Shown here piece by piece: positions 26,049-38,715 of a stretch of DNA of 64,000 nucleotides. Numbering within the stretch: the first letter of the stretch is position 1; each line of letters starts with the position of its first letter. Position numbers and translations under genes: made by a program. Origin of the DNA: Eledone cirrhosa. Its lineage: Eukaryota. Below the pieces are notes generated by a model. The model saw only the letters and a list, made by a program, of their open reading frames with translations. It ran no database searches and was not told where the DNA came from. The stretch covers positions 230,764,001 through 230,828,000 of the forward strand of contig OZ024741.1 in the NCBI GenBank assembly GCA_964016885.1, in the 5' to 3' direction.

Positions 26049-26387
26049 ATATCCAGTGCTTTTATCGAGAATGACACAGCTAGAGACTTATAGAATACTT
26101 AGCTGTGTACAGGAACTGGTTTGAAAGAGCGGTTGCCGGTTGCCGGTTGTAATACGTGACGTATTCTATTCTATAGCGATTAGGTCTTCAAAATGTTTAT
26201 TATAAACATACAGAATATTTTCGAATATTCTATGTCTATATTCACATATATATCGCTATTTCAGAGCATTTATTCCAATTTCTAATTTCTGCCGGACCGG
26301 CAACCGCTCTTTCAAACCAGTTCCTGTACACAGCTAAGTATTCTATAAGTCTCTAGCTGTGTCATTCTCGATAAAAGCACTGGATAT

Positions 26388-26430
26388 GTAGTCCTGATGA
26401 TTTCTAACGAGAATGAAACGCGTAGATTAC
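26388..26430 (+). ncRNA. Type I hammerhead ribozyme, copy 6 (inverted arm)
   Basis: GTAGTCCTGATGATTTCTAACGAGAATGAAACGCGTAGATTAC. Predicted cleavage is after GUA at 26424. Confidence 0.88.
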
Positions 26431-26697
26431 TTCCCTTGCTTTTATCGAGAATCTAATTGTAATACGTGACGTATTCTATTCTATAGCGATTAGGTCTTCA
26501 AAATGTTTATTATAAACATACAGAATATTTTCGAATATTCTATGTCTATATTCACATATATATCGCTATTTCAGAGCATTTATTCCAATTTCTAATTTCT
26601 GCCGGACCGGCAACCGCTCTTTCAAACCAGTTCCTGTACACAGCTAAGTATTCTATAAGTCTCTAGCTGTGTCATTCTCGATAAAAGCACTGGATAT

Positions 26698-26740
26698 GTA
26701 GTCCTGATGATTTCTAACGAGAATGAAACGCGTAGATTAC
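26698..26740 (+). ncRNA. Type I hammerhead ribozyme, copy 7 (inverted arm)
   Basis: Same sequence as copy 6. Predicted cleavage is after 26734. Confidence 0.88.
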
Positions 26741-26893
26741 TTCCCTTGCTTTTATCGAGAATCTAATTGTAATACGTGACGTATTCTATTCTATAGCGAT
26801 TAGGTCTTCAAAATGTTTATTATAAACATACAGAATATTTTCGAATATTCTATGTCTATATTCACATATATATCGCTATTTCAGAGCATTTAT

Positions 26894-26942
<49 letters not shown>

Positions 26943-27059
26943 GCATATTACTTGATGCTTTTGACAGTAAGGAAGAGCAATTAGAGACGTGCAATATAGA
27001 GGAACAGATGGAATTCCTGAAAATGAACCTGTTGAAGGCGACAGATGAAATTTGTGGCT

Positions 27060-28730
27060 TGAGCACACCTCTAGGTATGGGGAGTGTAAGTTGATAGTGG
27101 AATCAGTAGGGTGGAGGAGACAATCAAGGCCAAAAGGCAGGCTTGGAATGGTGGGATGGGGGAAGTAGAGAACACTATCAGGTAGCTAGGAGAGAAGCAA
27201 AGGATAGAGAGTTCAAGCAAGTTCTACAACCCGAGGAACAAAAAACGTTAGATGTTCAGAATTTCAAGACAATATATCAAGTAAAATTGTGATATTGTCT
27301 GTGAGAAGTGTCCGTAATGATAATGGTGTACTCACTGATACTGATAAGAGGGTAGCTTGGAAGTGTCATTACGAGAGACTGCTAAATGAGGAGAATGAAT
27401 GGGGTAAAGATAGTCTGCACCAAGTTGATTCAATGGAAGGACCAGCTGTGCAAGTTAGTGGTTTAGTAAATAAGGCAATCAAAGATATCATTGCACGGCA
27501 TTAAATTAAACCCCTCTGATTAGCTTTTGTTGACTTGGAGAAAGCCTTTGATTCCCACGCTCCATTATCTGGTGGGCTCTTACAAAATTATGAGTAAATG
27601 AGTGGCTTGAAAAGCTACACAAGCCATATATAGAAGAACAGTCAGCAAGATTAGAATTAACAATGAATATAGTGAAGAATTTAGCGTAAGAGAAGGTTTT
27701 CAGTAAGGCTCCGTCCTTAGCACCGCCCCACCCCCCCATGTTTATTTTTGTCCTACAGGATATGGGAGGAGAGTTTAAGACTGGCTGCCCATGGATCTTC
27801 TATACGCAGATGATCTATAGCTGAAAATATGGCAAAACTATAGAAGAAATTCCAAACATGGAAGCATAACCCAGAATCAAAAGCCTTAGTGTTTACTTGT
27901 CTAAGACCAAAGTTCTAGTATGTAGAAAAACAAATAGGGCACATGTACCCTCTGTGAAATGGCCTTGCTCAGTGTGTAGTAAAGGATTAGGTAGAAAATC
28001 CATTCTAGGTCCCAAATGCAAACTTTGGTTACATAAATATGTAGTAGGGTCAGAGGCAAGCTATCAATGAATGTAGGTTTTATATGTGACCGATATTCCG
28101 GTGTAGTAAGTGGCAACTTCCCACTGGATACTAGCTCCTTCAACTTCCCAGATGGTTCTATAGAAATAGAAGACACTTTCCATTACCTGGGTGACAAAAT
28201 CAGGAGTGGAGGAGGGTGTTCTGAGAGTACAGTAGCAAGAGTTAGAACGGGATGGAAATGGTTCAGAGAGCTAATAACGCTGTTGGCCACAAAAGGTTTC
28301 CCTCTAAAAATGAAAGGCAGATTGTATGATGCTTGTATACAACCAGCAATGTCACACGGCAGTGAGACCTGGACATTGTGTGCAGGGGATGCGCAGATTG
28401 GAAAGAAACGAAGCATGTATGCTCCGATGGATGTGTAATAGTAATATACACGAACGGAAAACTATAAACGAACTGTGAAATTATGCATAAGAGGGATCCG
28501 ATGCAGTTTACTAGAGAAGAGATTACGTTGGTATGGCCATGTGGTGCATATGAAGGACGACAACTGAATTAAAAAGTGAAGGGTGATCAAAATTGACGGA
28601 CGCTATGGAGTAGGTATACCCAGAAAGATCTGGGACGAGGTAATAAAAGCTGACCTTGCACACTTGCGCCTCTCTAAGACAATGTCATAGGATTGAGAAC
28701 TTTGGCGCCATGCAGTAATGCAGAAGCCCC
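27060..28730 (+). mobile_element. Decayed RTE-like LINE (second family, Cys-rich insert after RT)
   Basis: WKCHYERLLNEENEW, FVDLEKAFD, LYADD, FHYLGD, KGRLYDAC and HGSETW. Confidence 0.8.
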
Positions 28731-28859
28731 ACCCTCCCTTGCGTACGGGCTTAATCCTTCACTCAGTATACACCCAACACCCCTATACCGTCCTCCTACT
28801 TCCGCCAACACCACCCTTTCTCCGTAAAGTTGTGTTGGTACCACAAATCATCCAGCCCA

Positions 28860-29030
28860 CACTGTAAAGTGATCGTGTAGGAGACATCGTAAAATGCACC
28901 CAGCACACACTGTATATATCGTTGGCGTTTGGAAGGACATCCATCCGTAAAACAGCCAGAAACAGTCCTACACGGGCGTGACACGTTCACCCAGGTGGGA
29001 CAAACCCGTCAAACAAATGCTAGCATGGTG
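28860..29030 (+). mobile_element. Probable SINE 3' portion
   Basis: GTTGGCGTTTGGAAGGACATCCATCCGTAAAA...ATGCTAGCATGG resembles a common cephalopod SINE tail (from recall). Confidence 0.45.
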
Positions 29031-29041
29031 TATATACATAT

Positions 29042-29043
<2 letters not shown>

Positions 29044-29115
<72 letters not shown>

Positions 29116-29150
29116 TGAGAGAGAGAGAAAGGGAAGGAGAGAGAGACAGA
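29044..29150. repeat. (GA)n microsatellite
   Basis: Direct reading. Confidence 0.97.
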
Positions 29151-29732
29151 AAGTAAGTGAATGAAAGACAGAGGGAGGGATTGCAAGAAAATGAAAAAAA
29201 GAGAGTGATTGGAGTGAGAAGATAAAAACTGTATCCGTACTTTATTTTTCAACTTCAAGAGAAGTTGACTTCTTGCTATCAGTGCAGTGAATTGGAAGCC
29301 ACTGCACCATATTTGCATCTGAGGTTTGAACTCTAGTGATTCTGCGAATTCTCACAGAAAACAAAATGTAAAAGCACCAAAAATGTTTTGCCTCTATAAA
29401 CAGTCATTGATGTCCGCTACATAAGCGATTCTACCACATGGAGTTCCTTTCTTCGGTGTTAAAATGTTACGATGACTCAACGCCAAATATTAAATCATGT
29501 CGACTTTTAACACAAGGAACACTCGAGCTGATTATCGACCAATCAGAAGTTTTTTTGTTTTTACTTCACATTTATAAGTACCGCTCTTTTTGTATTGACA
29601 TTCACTATATGTCCTTGTGGAGTCGATAAAATAAGGCACCAGCATGCACTGGGATAATTGCTGGTATTGTGCCAAAAGTAGAAATAATTATGTTTGCTTT
29701 GCTTACGTAACTCTCTTCTGATAGGTCGAACA

Positions 29733-30833
29733 TTTTGTAGAATTTTGTACATCTTTCGCAGCGAAATGATTTGATATTTGGCGTTAAAAATGGACCTTCG
29801 TAACATACTCATTTGTTAATTGGGTGAAGAAGAGTGGCAACCCGTGTGCCAATGACATGGGAGGATTCAACAGCAACCGTTGCAAAATAAAATGTCTTTT
29901 GTTTCTGAAAACAATGAACATTTATCTAAATATTGATTCTCACAATCTTTCTGTTACATTCATATTATTCCATATAATTTGATTTTGCAGGCCCTCAGAG
30001 ATCGAATAGGTACATGTCTTAAATAGCTGCAGGTATTTGGATCTTTGAGTTAACAACACTTCAATTTTGGTGGACATTACCAGATTCCACTGTGTTGTAA
30101 ATATTCGGAGTGTGTCCTCCACGTAAGGTACCTTACGTGGAGGACACACTCACGCTCAGATGCCACAGACACCATGAAAATGCATATGAGCACTACACAC
30201 CACTTACTATCTAAATGACTAAATAGATAAACAATCAGATAAATGAATGAATAAAGAAATAATGCAAAATCTTAAATCGCCAAATAACTTCTAATCCTAA
30301 ATAGTTCGTGAGCTACTAGAAGTTAATAAAATGGGAAAACACGACGTCTCGTGACACGGAACGTGTACAATTGTTCCGTTAGCATCGTCATCATGATGAA
30401 CGCCTTTCGGATAACAAGTTTCACATAATTGTTAATGGAAAGCAGCTTCCTTTTCTAAGTTTCGATTTAAAGTGGGTTAAACTGCCTTACAATGCAAACA
30501 CTTTCTATTGTTGGAATTCTGATTTTATTAACATTGCAGTCAACTTCAGCCGACGGTAAAATATAACATCCTTTCTAACTTATGAACAGATCTAGCTGTC
30601 GAAACGGCCGGAGCTCAGCCGTCGGGGTCCTGACACATTTCCTATTATTCCTATTCATTGTTTTCAGAAATAAAAGACATTTTATTTGGTAACGGTTGCA
30701 GTTGAATCATCCCATATCATTGGCACACATGTTGCCAATGTTCTTCACCGAATTGAAAAATGAGTGTTACCCATTTTTAACGCCAAATATCAAATTATTT
30801 CGCCGCGAAAGATGTACAACATTCTACAAAATT
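29733..30833. mobile_element. Non-autonomous DNA transposon-like element with ~185-bp imperfect TIRs
   Basis: 29733-29918 is the reverse complement of 30654-30833. The interior is non-coding. Confidence 0.7.
30108..30151. repeat. Perfect 44-bp palindrome
   Basis: GAGTGTGTCCTCCACGTAAGGT|ACCTTACGTGGAGGACACACTC. Confidence 0.97.
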
Positions 30834-30841
30834 GTCTGAAT

Positions 30842-30918
<77 letters not shown>

Positions 30919-30946
30919 ATCAAAAGATGGTTAAAAGAGTTCCAAG

Positions 30947-31017
30947 TATTTTATTATGCGCATTTCAAAAACAAATATCATCATGGGATGATATCTGCGT
31001 TTTCATCAGATAAAATA
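30947..31017 (-). ncRNA. Solitary type I hammerhead ribozyme
   Basis: TATTTTAT-CTGATGA-[long stem II, loop CCAT]-GAA-ATGCGCAT-A-ATAAAATA. It has an 8-bp stem I, a palindromic stem III and an AUA triplet. Confidence 0.8.
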
Positions 31018-31220
31018 GGGATACATGATATGAGGCTTAAAAAACACTTGTGAATAGTGAAGTTTTAAATCAACATATGAAAAATAATTTAAGATTGATG
31101 TATGACATTGGGAAACAGTGAGGGGGTGGGGTGGAAAAGGTAAGAAAGAGGAGGAGATGAGAGTAAAGAATGGTGGGGGAGGAGTATGAGAAGGAAGGAT
31201 GAGAGAGGAGGAGAGATGGG

Positions 31221-31272
<52 letters not shown>

Positions 31273-31774
31273 TAACTGAGAAAAAATATATATTGTCTCA
31301 CAGAGAGAACTTAAAAAGCCGTTGGAAGATAATAGATAATTTAAAAGAATTTGAAATTAAAAGTTAATGAGGTTTATGCATGAAGAGAAAAAGGGATTAA
31401 GAATAATATTAAATTAAGGTTTGTATATTGAAGGGTTTAATAATATGTGCAAGGAAAAGAAATTATTAATATGTATTATTAAAATAAAAATATTAATGTT
31501 ATTAAGGATATAATGTGAAAAGAAGGAGAAGAATGAATGAGTTATGAATTTAGAGGAATTAGTTAGTGTTTAAGTTTGTTTTTATGTAATCTAATGTGTG
31601 CGTAATATATGTACGTACGGGGTCTATAAAATAAAGTACTAGTAATGCACTGGCCAATTGCTGGCCTTGTGCCTAACGTAGAAACAATTATTTATACTCC
31701 AGTCCCACAAACTGTAGAGTGGTACTTATCCGACATTTGCATTGCTTTATCGTGCTACAATAAAACTCACCTCC

Positions 31775-31907
<133 letters not shown>

Positions 31908-32299
31908 TATCGGAGAAAGCTAATAGCGATACTCTAGCCAAATCCCAACTCACTCAACAAACATTAGGAAATACGTGAGTATATTCCTAATTAAACGTTC
32001 GGGGTGCTAACTAATTGTATTGTGTGGAAAATTGGCTGTATTATTTCATATGAGATATATCGAATATATCTCTTCCCAGACGGACGTCTCGTTTCATTAT
32101 AAGATTCCTCTACAATTTGGGTGAAATTATACCAATTTATGTAGGAGCTTGTATAAGATCAACAGATACATATTCAAGTGGGCTCTTATAATTCTTCAGT
32201 GGGTGCCCAATAACATTAATATTGATAGTCAAATCAACATCAAGTAATGCACTGGAAAATTGCTGGCCTTGTGCCAAATGTAGAAACAATTATTTAGCG

Positions 32300-32485
32300 A
32301 TAATTGTTTCTACTTTAGGCACAAGGCCAGCAATTACCCAGTGTATTACTGGTACTTTATTTTATCGACCCCGTAAGGATGAAAGGCAAAGTTAACCTCG
32401 GCGGGATTTGAACTCAGATCATAAAGGGAGGTAACTCTATGCTTCAAAGCATGGCGCCCGACCCTCTACCGATACTGCCAATCCA
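32300..32485 (-). mobile_element. tRNA-derived SINE copy (OK-like)
   Basis: Near-complete copy of the family at 5587-5779. A plus-strand tail fragment abuts it at 32244-32293. Confidence 0.85.
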
Positions 32486-32943
32486 TAGCGATAATCACCA
32501 TCAGTGCTTGAGGTAGCTGTTAGGTTGCTAGCCCAGCAGTTCTAAAGAAATTCTCATACTGTCTCAAAAAAAGAGGAAGTATATTACCGCCAAAAAACAA
32601 TACATGCGCAGGACAATGAATTCTAAAATTAATTCAAGCCACGTGCTAGAATTCAATTTGAATTTGAAAAAATACCCATGCGTGTACATCGTTTGATGAC
32701 ACACATAGATCTTTTCTCGGGCAAAATAACAGAATGAGATACAAGAAACAATCAATATTCATGTATAAAAATAAACAAAGAGAGTCAAACCTTATATCGG
32801 GAGGTTCATATCCGTTGCCCCAAGAGTAAATATATAAATACATTATCGAAGAAAGCTAATAGCGATACTCCGGCCATTAGGAAATAAGTGAGATGTTTGT
32901 GTGTATATATATATATATATATATAAATATACATATATATATA

Positions 32944-32977
<34 letters not shown>

Positions 32978-33075
32978 GGAGTCGATAGACTTTCGTCAAA
33001 TCGGACCGAGGGAACAATGTTTCCGTTGGTCTTTCCAATTGCTAATACTATCTATCGGTCGCAACTCCAGGTAGA

Positions 33076-33194
33076 AGGAGCAACGTGAAATAAAGTGTCT
33101 TGCCCAAGGACATAACGCATCGCCTGGTCCAGGAATCGAACTCACAACCTTATGATTGCGAATCCAATTCTCTAACCACTCAGCCACACGCCTT

Positions 33195-33197
<3 letters not shown>
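33076..33197 (-). mobile_element. tRNA-derived CORE-type SINE head (mirror copy)
   Basis: Reverse complement of 33701-33822. Confidence 0.8.
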
Positions 33198-33230
<33 letters not shown>

Positions 33231-33242
33231 TATATATATATA

Positions 33243-33652
<410 letters not shown>

Positions 33653-33660
33653 TATATGTA

Positions 33661-33700
<40 letters not shown>

Positions 33701-33704
<4 letters not shown>

Positions 33705-33822
33705 AAGGCGTGTGGCTGAGTGGTTAGAGAATTGGATTCGCAATCATAAGGTTGTGAGTTCGATTCCTGGACCAGGCGATGCGTTATGTCCTTGGGCAAG
33801 ACACTTTATTTCACGTTTCTCC
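33701..33822 (+). mobile_element. tRNA-derived CORE-type SINE head
   Basis: A-box TGGCTGAGTGG, B-box GTTCGATTCC and CORE-like TGTCCTTGGGCAAGACACTT. Confidence 0.8.
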
Positions 33823-33920
33823 TTCTACCTGGAGTTGCGACCGATAGATAGTATTAGCAATTGGAAAGACCAACGGAAACATTGTTCACTCGGTCCGATT
33901 TGACGAAAGTCGATCGACTC

Positions 33921-33957
<37 letters not shown>

Positions 33958-34097
33958 TATGTATATTTATATATATATATATATATATACACACAAACAT
34001 CTCACTTATTTCCTAATGTTTGGCCGGAGTATCGCTATTAGCTTTCTTCGATAATGTATTTATATATTTACTCTTGGGGCAACGGATATGAACCTCC

Positions 34098-34134
<37 letters not shown>

Positions 34135-34265
34135 GATAAATCTACCAAGAGTTTACGGTAGTGTCCAATCCGTATGAAGAACTCAATGTATTCCGGATAT
34201 CATGGAAAGAAGAGATGCAATGAAAAATCACTTTCGGTGAAAGATAAACGGAATACAGAGTCAAG

Positions 34266-34394
34266 ATAAAATATTAAAAAAATAATGAATAAAACAATGA
34301 AACAGTTCCTTATATTAAACAAAAAAAGTTCATTATTTAACTTTTTTTGTTTAATATAAGGAACTGTTTCATTGTTTTATTCATTATTTTTTTA

Positions 34395-34403
<9 letters not shown>
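34266..34403. repeat. Perfect fold-back inverted repeat, 65-bp arms, 8-nt spacer
   Basis: Arms 34266-34330 and 34339-34403, abutting (TA)n. Confidence 0.93.
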
Positions 34404-34443
<40 letters not shown>

Positions 34444-35044
34444 GTATGAAGGTAAAAAGTAATTACCTCCGTAGCTGATATGCCGGTTGAGCACTCGGTG
34501 CTCTTAGGGAGCACAGGATCAATAGTATTAATATATAAAGGTACAAAGAATCAATGTTGCATAATATACATATTTATTACATAATATATCTGTTTCAATG
34601 TCGACCAGCTCGAGGAACGATCTATTAACGATCGAACCTGACTCTGGGATCGGAAGCTCCTCAGATATGTTTTAAGATACAGACAAGCGCCTTAGAGGGT
34701 ATGGATATTTTCCGATATCCTACTAATAAGTTAACACAAATTCTATGATAGTGGTTCTCAGCCATATTTGCTCATTGGTTTATTTTCGGTCAGATAACGG
34801 TGGGGTGTCTTTATAAATTAGCCTCTATTATCAGCATCACGGTCAAATCGTCGTATATATCTATGCGCCTCGACACGTCTGCCGGGGTTCCACTATCACA
34901 TTGTTTGAAGTCCTCATTTAATTGTTTAGACAATACGAGAATGCATTGGTGATGAAAAGTAAGGGGTGAGGGAGGGGTAGGAACTAAACCGGTTGCGTGC
35001 ATCGTCAACCAAGCTGGGGGAGTCACACCCAAAGACTGGTGCAA

Positions 35045-36530
35045 CAGTATCATTATAAATTGCTACAAAGGTAAAGGGGATGCTCTGGAGAGGAGCAATT
35101 ATAGAGTCATAAAACTGATGGATCAAGTTATGAAAGTGGCAGAAAGAATACTAGTGCAACTAATTAGAGAAAGGGTCAATTTAGAAGAGATGCAGTTTGG
35201 TTTTGTGCCTTGGAATAGTACAACTGGTGCACTCTTCTTAGTGAGATAACTACAAGAGAGGTTCTTAAAGGGGAATAATCCACTATATATAGCCTTTTTT
35301 TACCTAGAGAAGGCCTTTTATAGAGTACGCCGATCTGTCATCTGGTGGTCCCTAAGGAAACTAGGTGTAGAGGAATGGCTTGTGAGGACAGTGCAAGCTA
35401 TGTACAGAGGTGTTGTCAGTGAAAGTGAAAGTACGAATGGAGTTTAGTGAGGAATTCCAGATACAAGTAAGAGTACATCAGCGTTCGGACCTCAGCCTGC
35501 TCTTGTTCATTATAGTCCTCCAGGCCATAATAGAGGAGTTTAAGACTGGCTGCCCATGGGTACTTCTCTATGCTGACGATCTGGTTCTTATAACAGAGTC
35601 AGTAGTGGAGCTAGACTATAAATTCAGGCTGTGGAAACAGCAGCTGGAATCAAGAGGACTGAGAGTAAACCTAGCTATGTCAAAGGTGTTGATAAGTAGG
35701 AAAGAGGACAAAACTCTGATTCCATCAGAGAAATGGACATGTTCAATATGTAGGAATGGAGTTGGCATACATTCTATAAATGTACACAGTGCAGATGTTG
35801 GGTACACAAGACATGTTGTGGGATATCAGGCAAACTAACAGGTATGGAAAACTATATAAGCAGTAGATGTACAGGGAAAGTTCACAGTAGAAGTCGCAGT
35901 GATAAACCCATTTTTCAAATGCGGGTAGGACATATAGTAGTGATTGATAGCTTCCGATACCTAGGTGATCAGATTAGTAAGGGAGGAGGGTGATCCGAGA
36001 CCATAGTTTCCAGAATAAGGACGGGTTGGAAGAAGTTTAGGGAACTTATTCCTCCGTTGACAAAGAATTGTTTCTCCCTACAAACGAAAGGCCAGTTATA
36101 TGATACCTGTGTGAGATGCGCGATGCTGCATAGTAGTGAGACATGTGCAGCAACTGTGGAAGATATGCAATAGCTGGAGAGAATTGAAGCAAGCATGCTC
36201 CGTTGGATGTTGAACGACAAAGCATAGACGAGCTAAGAGAGAAACTGTGTGTAATAGGGATAGGCTGTAGTGTGTGGGAGAGAGGACTGAGATGGTATGG
36301 AAACGTGATGTGCATGGAGGATGAACGCTGGGTGAAGAAGTGCCAAGTAATCCTAGTAGAAGGAAGTCCACGAAAAACATGGGCGGCGGTGGTGAGAACA
36401 GACCTCAGATCGCTGAAGCTCACGGAGGAGATGACAAGGGACCCTGACGAATGGAGAGAAGCCGTGCTTAATAAGACCCGTCCCACCATTGCAATAAAGG
36501 AAAAGCGGGCGTAAAATGATGATGATGATT
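35045..36530 (+). mobile_element. 5'-truncated RTE-like LINE (same group as 27060-28730)
   Basis: NYRVIKLMDQVMKVAERIL, LLYADDLVL, WTCSICRNGVG, LRWYG and a (GAT)n tail. Confidence 0.88.
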
Positions 36531-36639
36531 TTGATGACGAATATAAATAAAGGAATAAAACAATAAAACTAGTGGGTAAGGGCCAATGGTGACTATGATA
36601 TAGCCGATAAGGAGAACAATAATATAATTAGGAACGTAA

Positions 36640-37400
36640 GACCGCCTGCGAGACGTGGAACCCGCTTGGACTTAGCCCAGTAGACGTCGCTCTTCCTTCT
36701 CCACCTGCTGGCGCCAAGTCCCTCCCAGAGTATTTGGGTTGCCATCTAGTGCAACATGGCTTCAGACAGGCTAGCGTGCCAGCTCAATCAGCAACGTATC
36801 GTATGTTTTCTCTGAGGACTGGCCTTCGGATCTGCAAGTAACACAAATGGCACTGCAGATCTACCGTGGACTCTTTCGGCCTCCACCCGCTTTTATGTCG
36901 CTACAGTGCCGTCCGCCTTCCACGCTATGCTGCCTTCAATGAGGACATAAAGCATGGCTTGGATGCTTCAGGATTCCCCTCCCAGCTCCAGCTGGTGGTG
37001 CTGGACCGAGGGGGTTGCAAAAGGCCAGACGGCATGACCATTTTGCCGTTCGGCAAACCCCGCATCTGGTATTCCACTTGCTGTGACACATTCTCCAGTC
37101 GCAACCTGGTGCTGTGTGCAACTAACCCAGGTTCTGCAGCACTTCGCGTTGAGGAGGCCAAACTCTTAAAGTATTTGTCGCTCTCCGACAGGTTTGCGGT
37201 CGTGCCCCTAGCAGTGGAGATTTCTGGTGTGATTGGTCCGGCTACTTCCCTACTTATCACCATAGGCGCTGAGCTGGCTAGCCACAGGGCAGGTGTGAGC
37301 CTCACGAGATTGAGAGGCTCTTCTAGCGCACTCCCTTATCGTACTCCAAGCACACGCCTTCTCCATTCTGTCCACCGAGGCCGTGGAACGACCTGCATGC
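36640..37400 (+). mobile_element. CRE-clade-like non-LTR element 3' fragment (CCHC plus RLE endonuclease)
   Basis: GLHPLLCR...RYAAFN...LDRGGCKRPDGMT..P..KPRIWYSTCCDTF...EEAKLLKY..L...VPLAVEISGVIG. Confidence 0.75.
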
Positions 37401-37779
37401 GAAACCCCATTTGCTCATAATACACATAGATGGGGAGGGCGAGAGAGTGGAGTCGATGACAGTGGGAGTTGGGATCTTCCGTGTCCGGATCTGTTGTGCA
37501 GCGTCATTTGTCCGTTGGGAGGTAGATATTCACACACACACACACAGATGTATATATATATATATGATTATATATAATTTTTATATTGTTCGCTTCCGTT
37601 TATCCCCTGTATAAATTATTTTTAAACGCTTAACAATATTTTATAGGCATAATAAAAAACAAAACCTATACGCTTACCCATATAAACACATATACAGACA
37701 CATATATACAAACACACATATACAAACACACATATAGATAAATAGCTGCATATATAAGTCACTTTCAATTTTTTTTATA

Positions 37780-38392
37780 TGACTTGTGGCTTTATGTCAA
37801 ACACCTGCTGTCGCGTGTAGGAAGGATCCGGCTATCAGCTGAGTCCATCGTGAAGACTGCCCCGCCCTCCTCCCTTAGCCGGGAAGGGCGGGCAGTTTTT
37901 ATCTGTCTGGTGGCCATGGCGAAAGGGAGAGTATGGTGGACGCGTTTGAAAGGGCTGAAGACGAGCACTTACCTCTTCGGCGATACCCTAATTAACTTTT
38001 TCAAATTTCATTTGAAAAGGAAAATCAGTGTAGAAAGGGAAGTGATCTCTTCACAGCATTTTGTTGAAAGATGGATGAGAGAGGCCAGAATCTCCCGAGT
38101 GAATGGGCCTACTCTGAGTATGTGCCTCTAAATTGAAGGTGGAAAACTGGGAGAGGGCACTTGCCCAGGTGGTCAGGGCACCTTGGCTTTTGCAATGGAT
38201 TTTCTCCACGAATGTCCCTCGGAAGTCTCCCCCTTATTGGGGAATTTTCATTGTTTCTTTTTTGTTACATCATATGTTTTTGTTTTTTTTACACGCGGAA
38301 TGCCCATTTGAACCTTCCTGTAATGTCTTGTATTGTCCTATATTGTCCTTAATGTCTTACTTTGTGTAAACGTTTGTGGTTAATAAAGAAAG
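37780..38392 (+). mobile_element. L1/Tx1-like LINE 3' end
   Basis: LWLYVKHLL...VWWTRLKG...FFKFHLKRK. The 3' UTR ends in AATAAA. Homologous to 44450-45155 and 63235-64000. Confidence 0.75.
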
Positions 38393-38409
38393 CATTATTA
38401 TTATTATTA

Positions 38410-38683
38410 TTGTTCTTTGAGTCTCAGTCATTGATGTTATTTAACTGGAAAGTTTGTTGAAATGAATATCAAGCCGCTACCTACAGCCTCAGATATTCAG
38501 GACGTATCGGAGGGTTATTGCTGTTCCCAGCAAGCATGCTTTTCGAAGTGTTCCAAAAAGCCGGGCTGGACTAATCTTCTTTAACCATCATGGGAAACTC
38601 TTTGAAATAGTACCTAGTGCCCCTATGACAATCGGGACGATCTTGATTTCATGGCAGTTCCAAATCCTTTTTACCTCCCACTT
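38410..38683 (-). mobile_element. R4/Dong family B 3' fragment in (TTA)n
   Basis: Reverse complement of the 57750-58025 type 3' end. Confidence 0.85.
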
Positions 38684-38715
38684 TATTATTATTATTATTA
38701 ATATTATTATTATTA

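Noticed and set aside
33701-33775. tRNA gene
   Set aside because: It has A and B boxes but no proper cloverleaf acceptor stem, and it continues into a SINE core.
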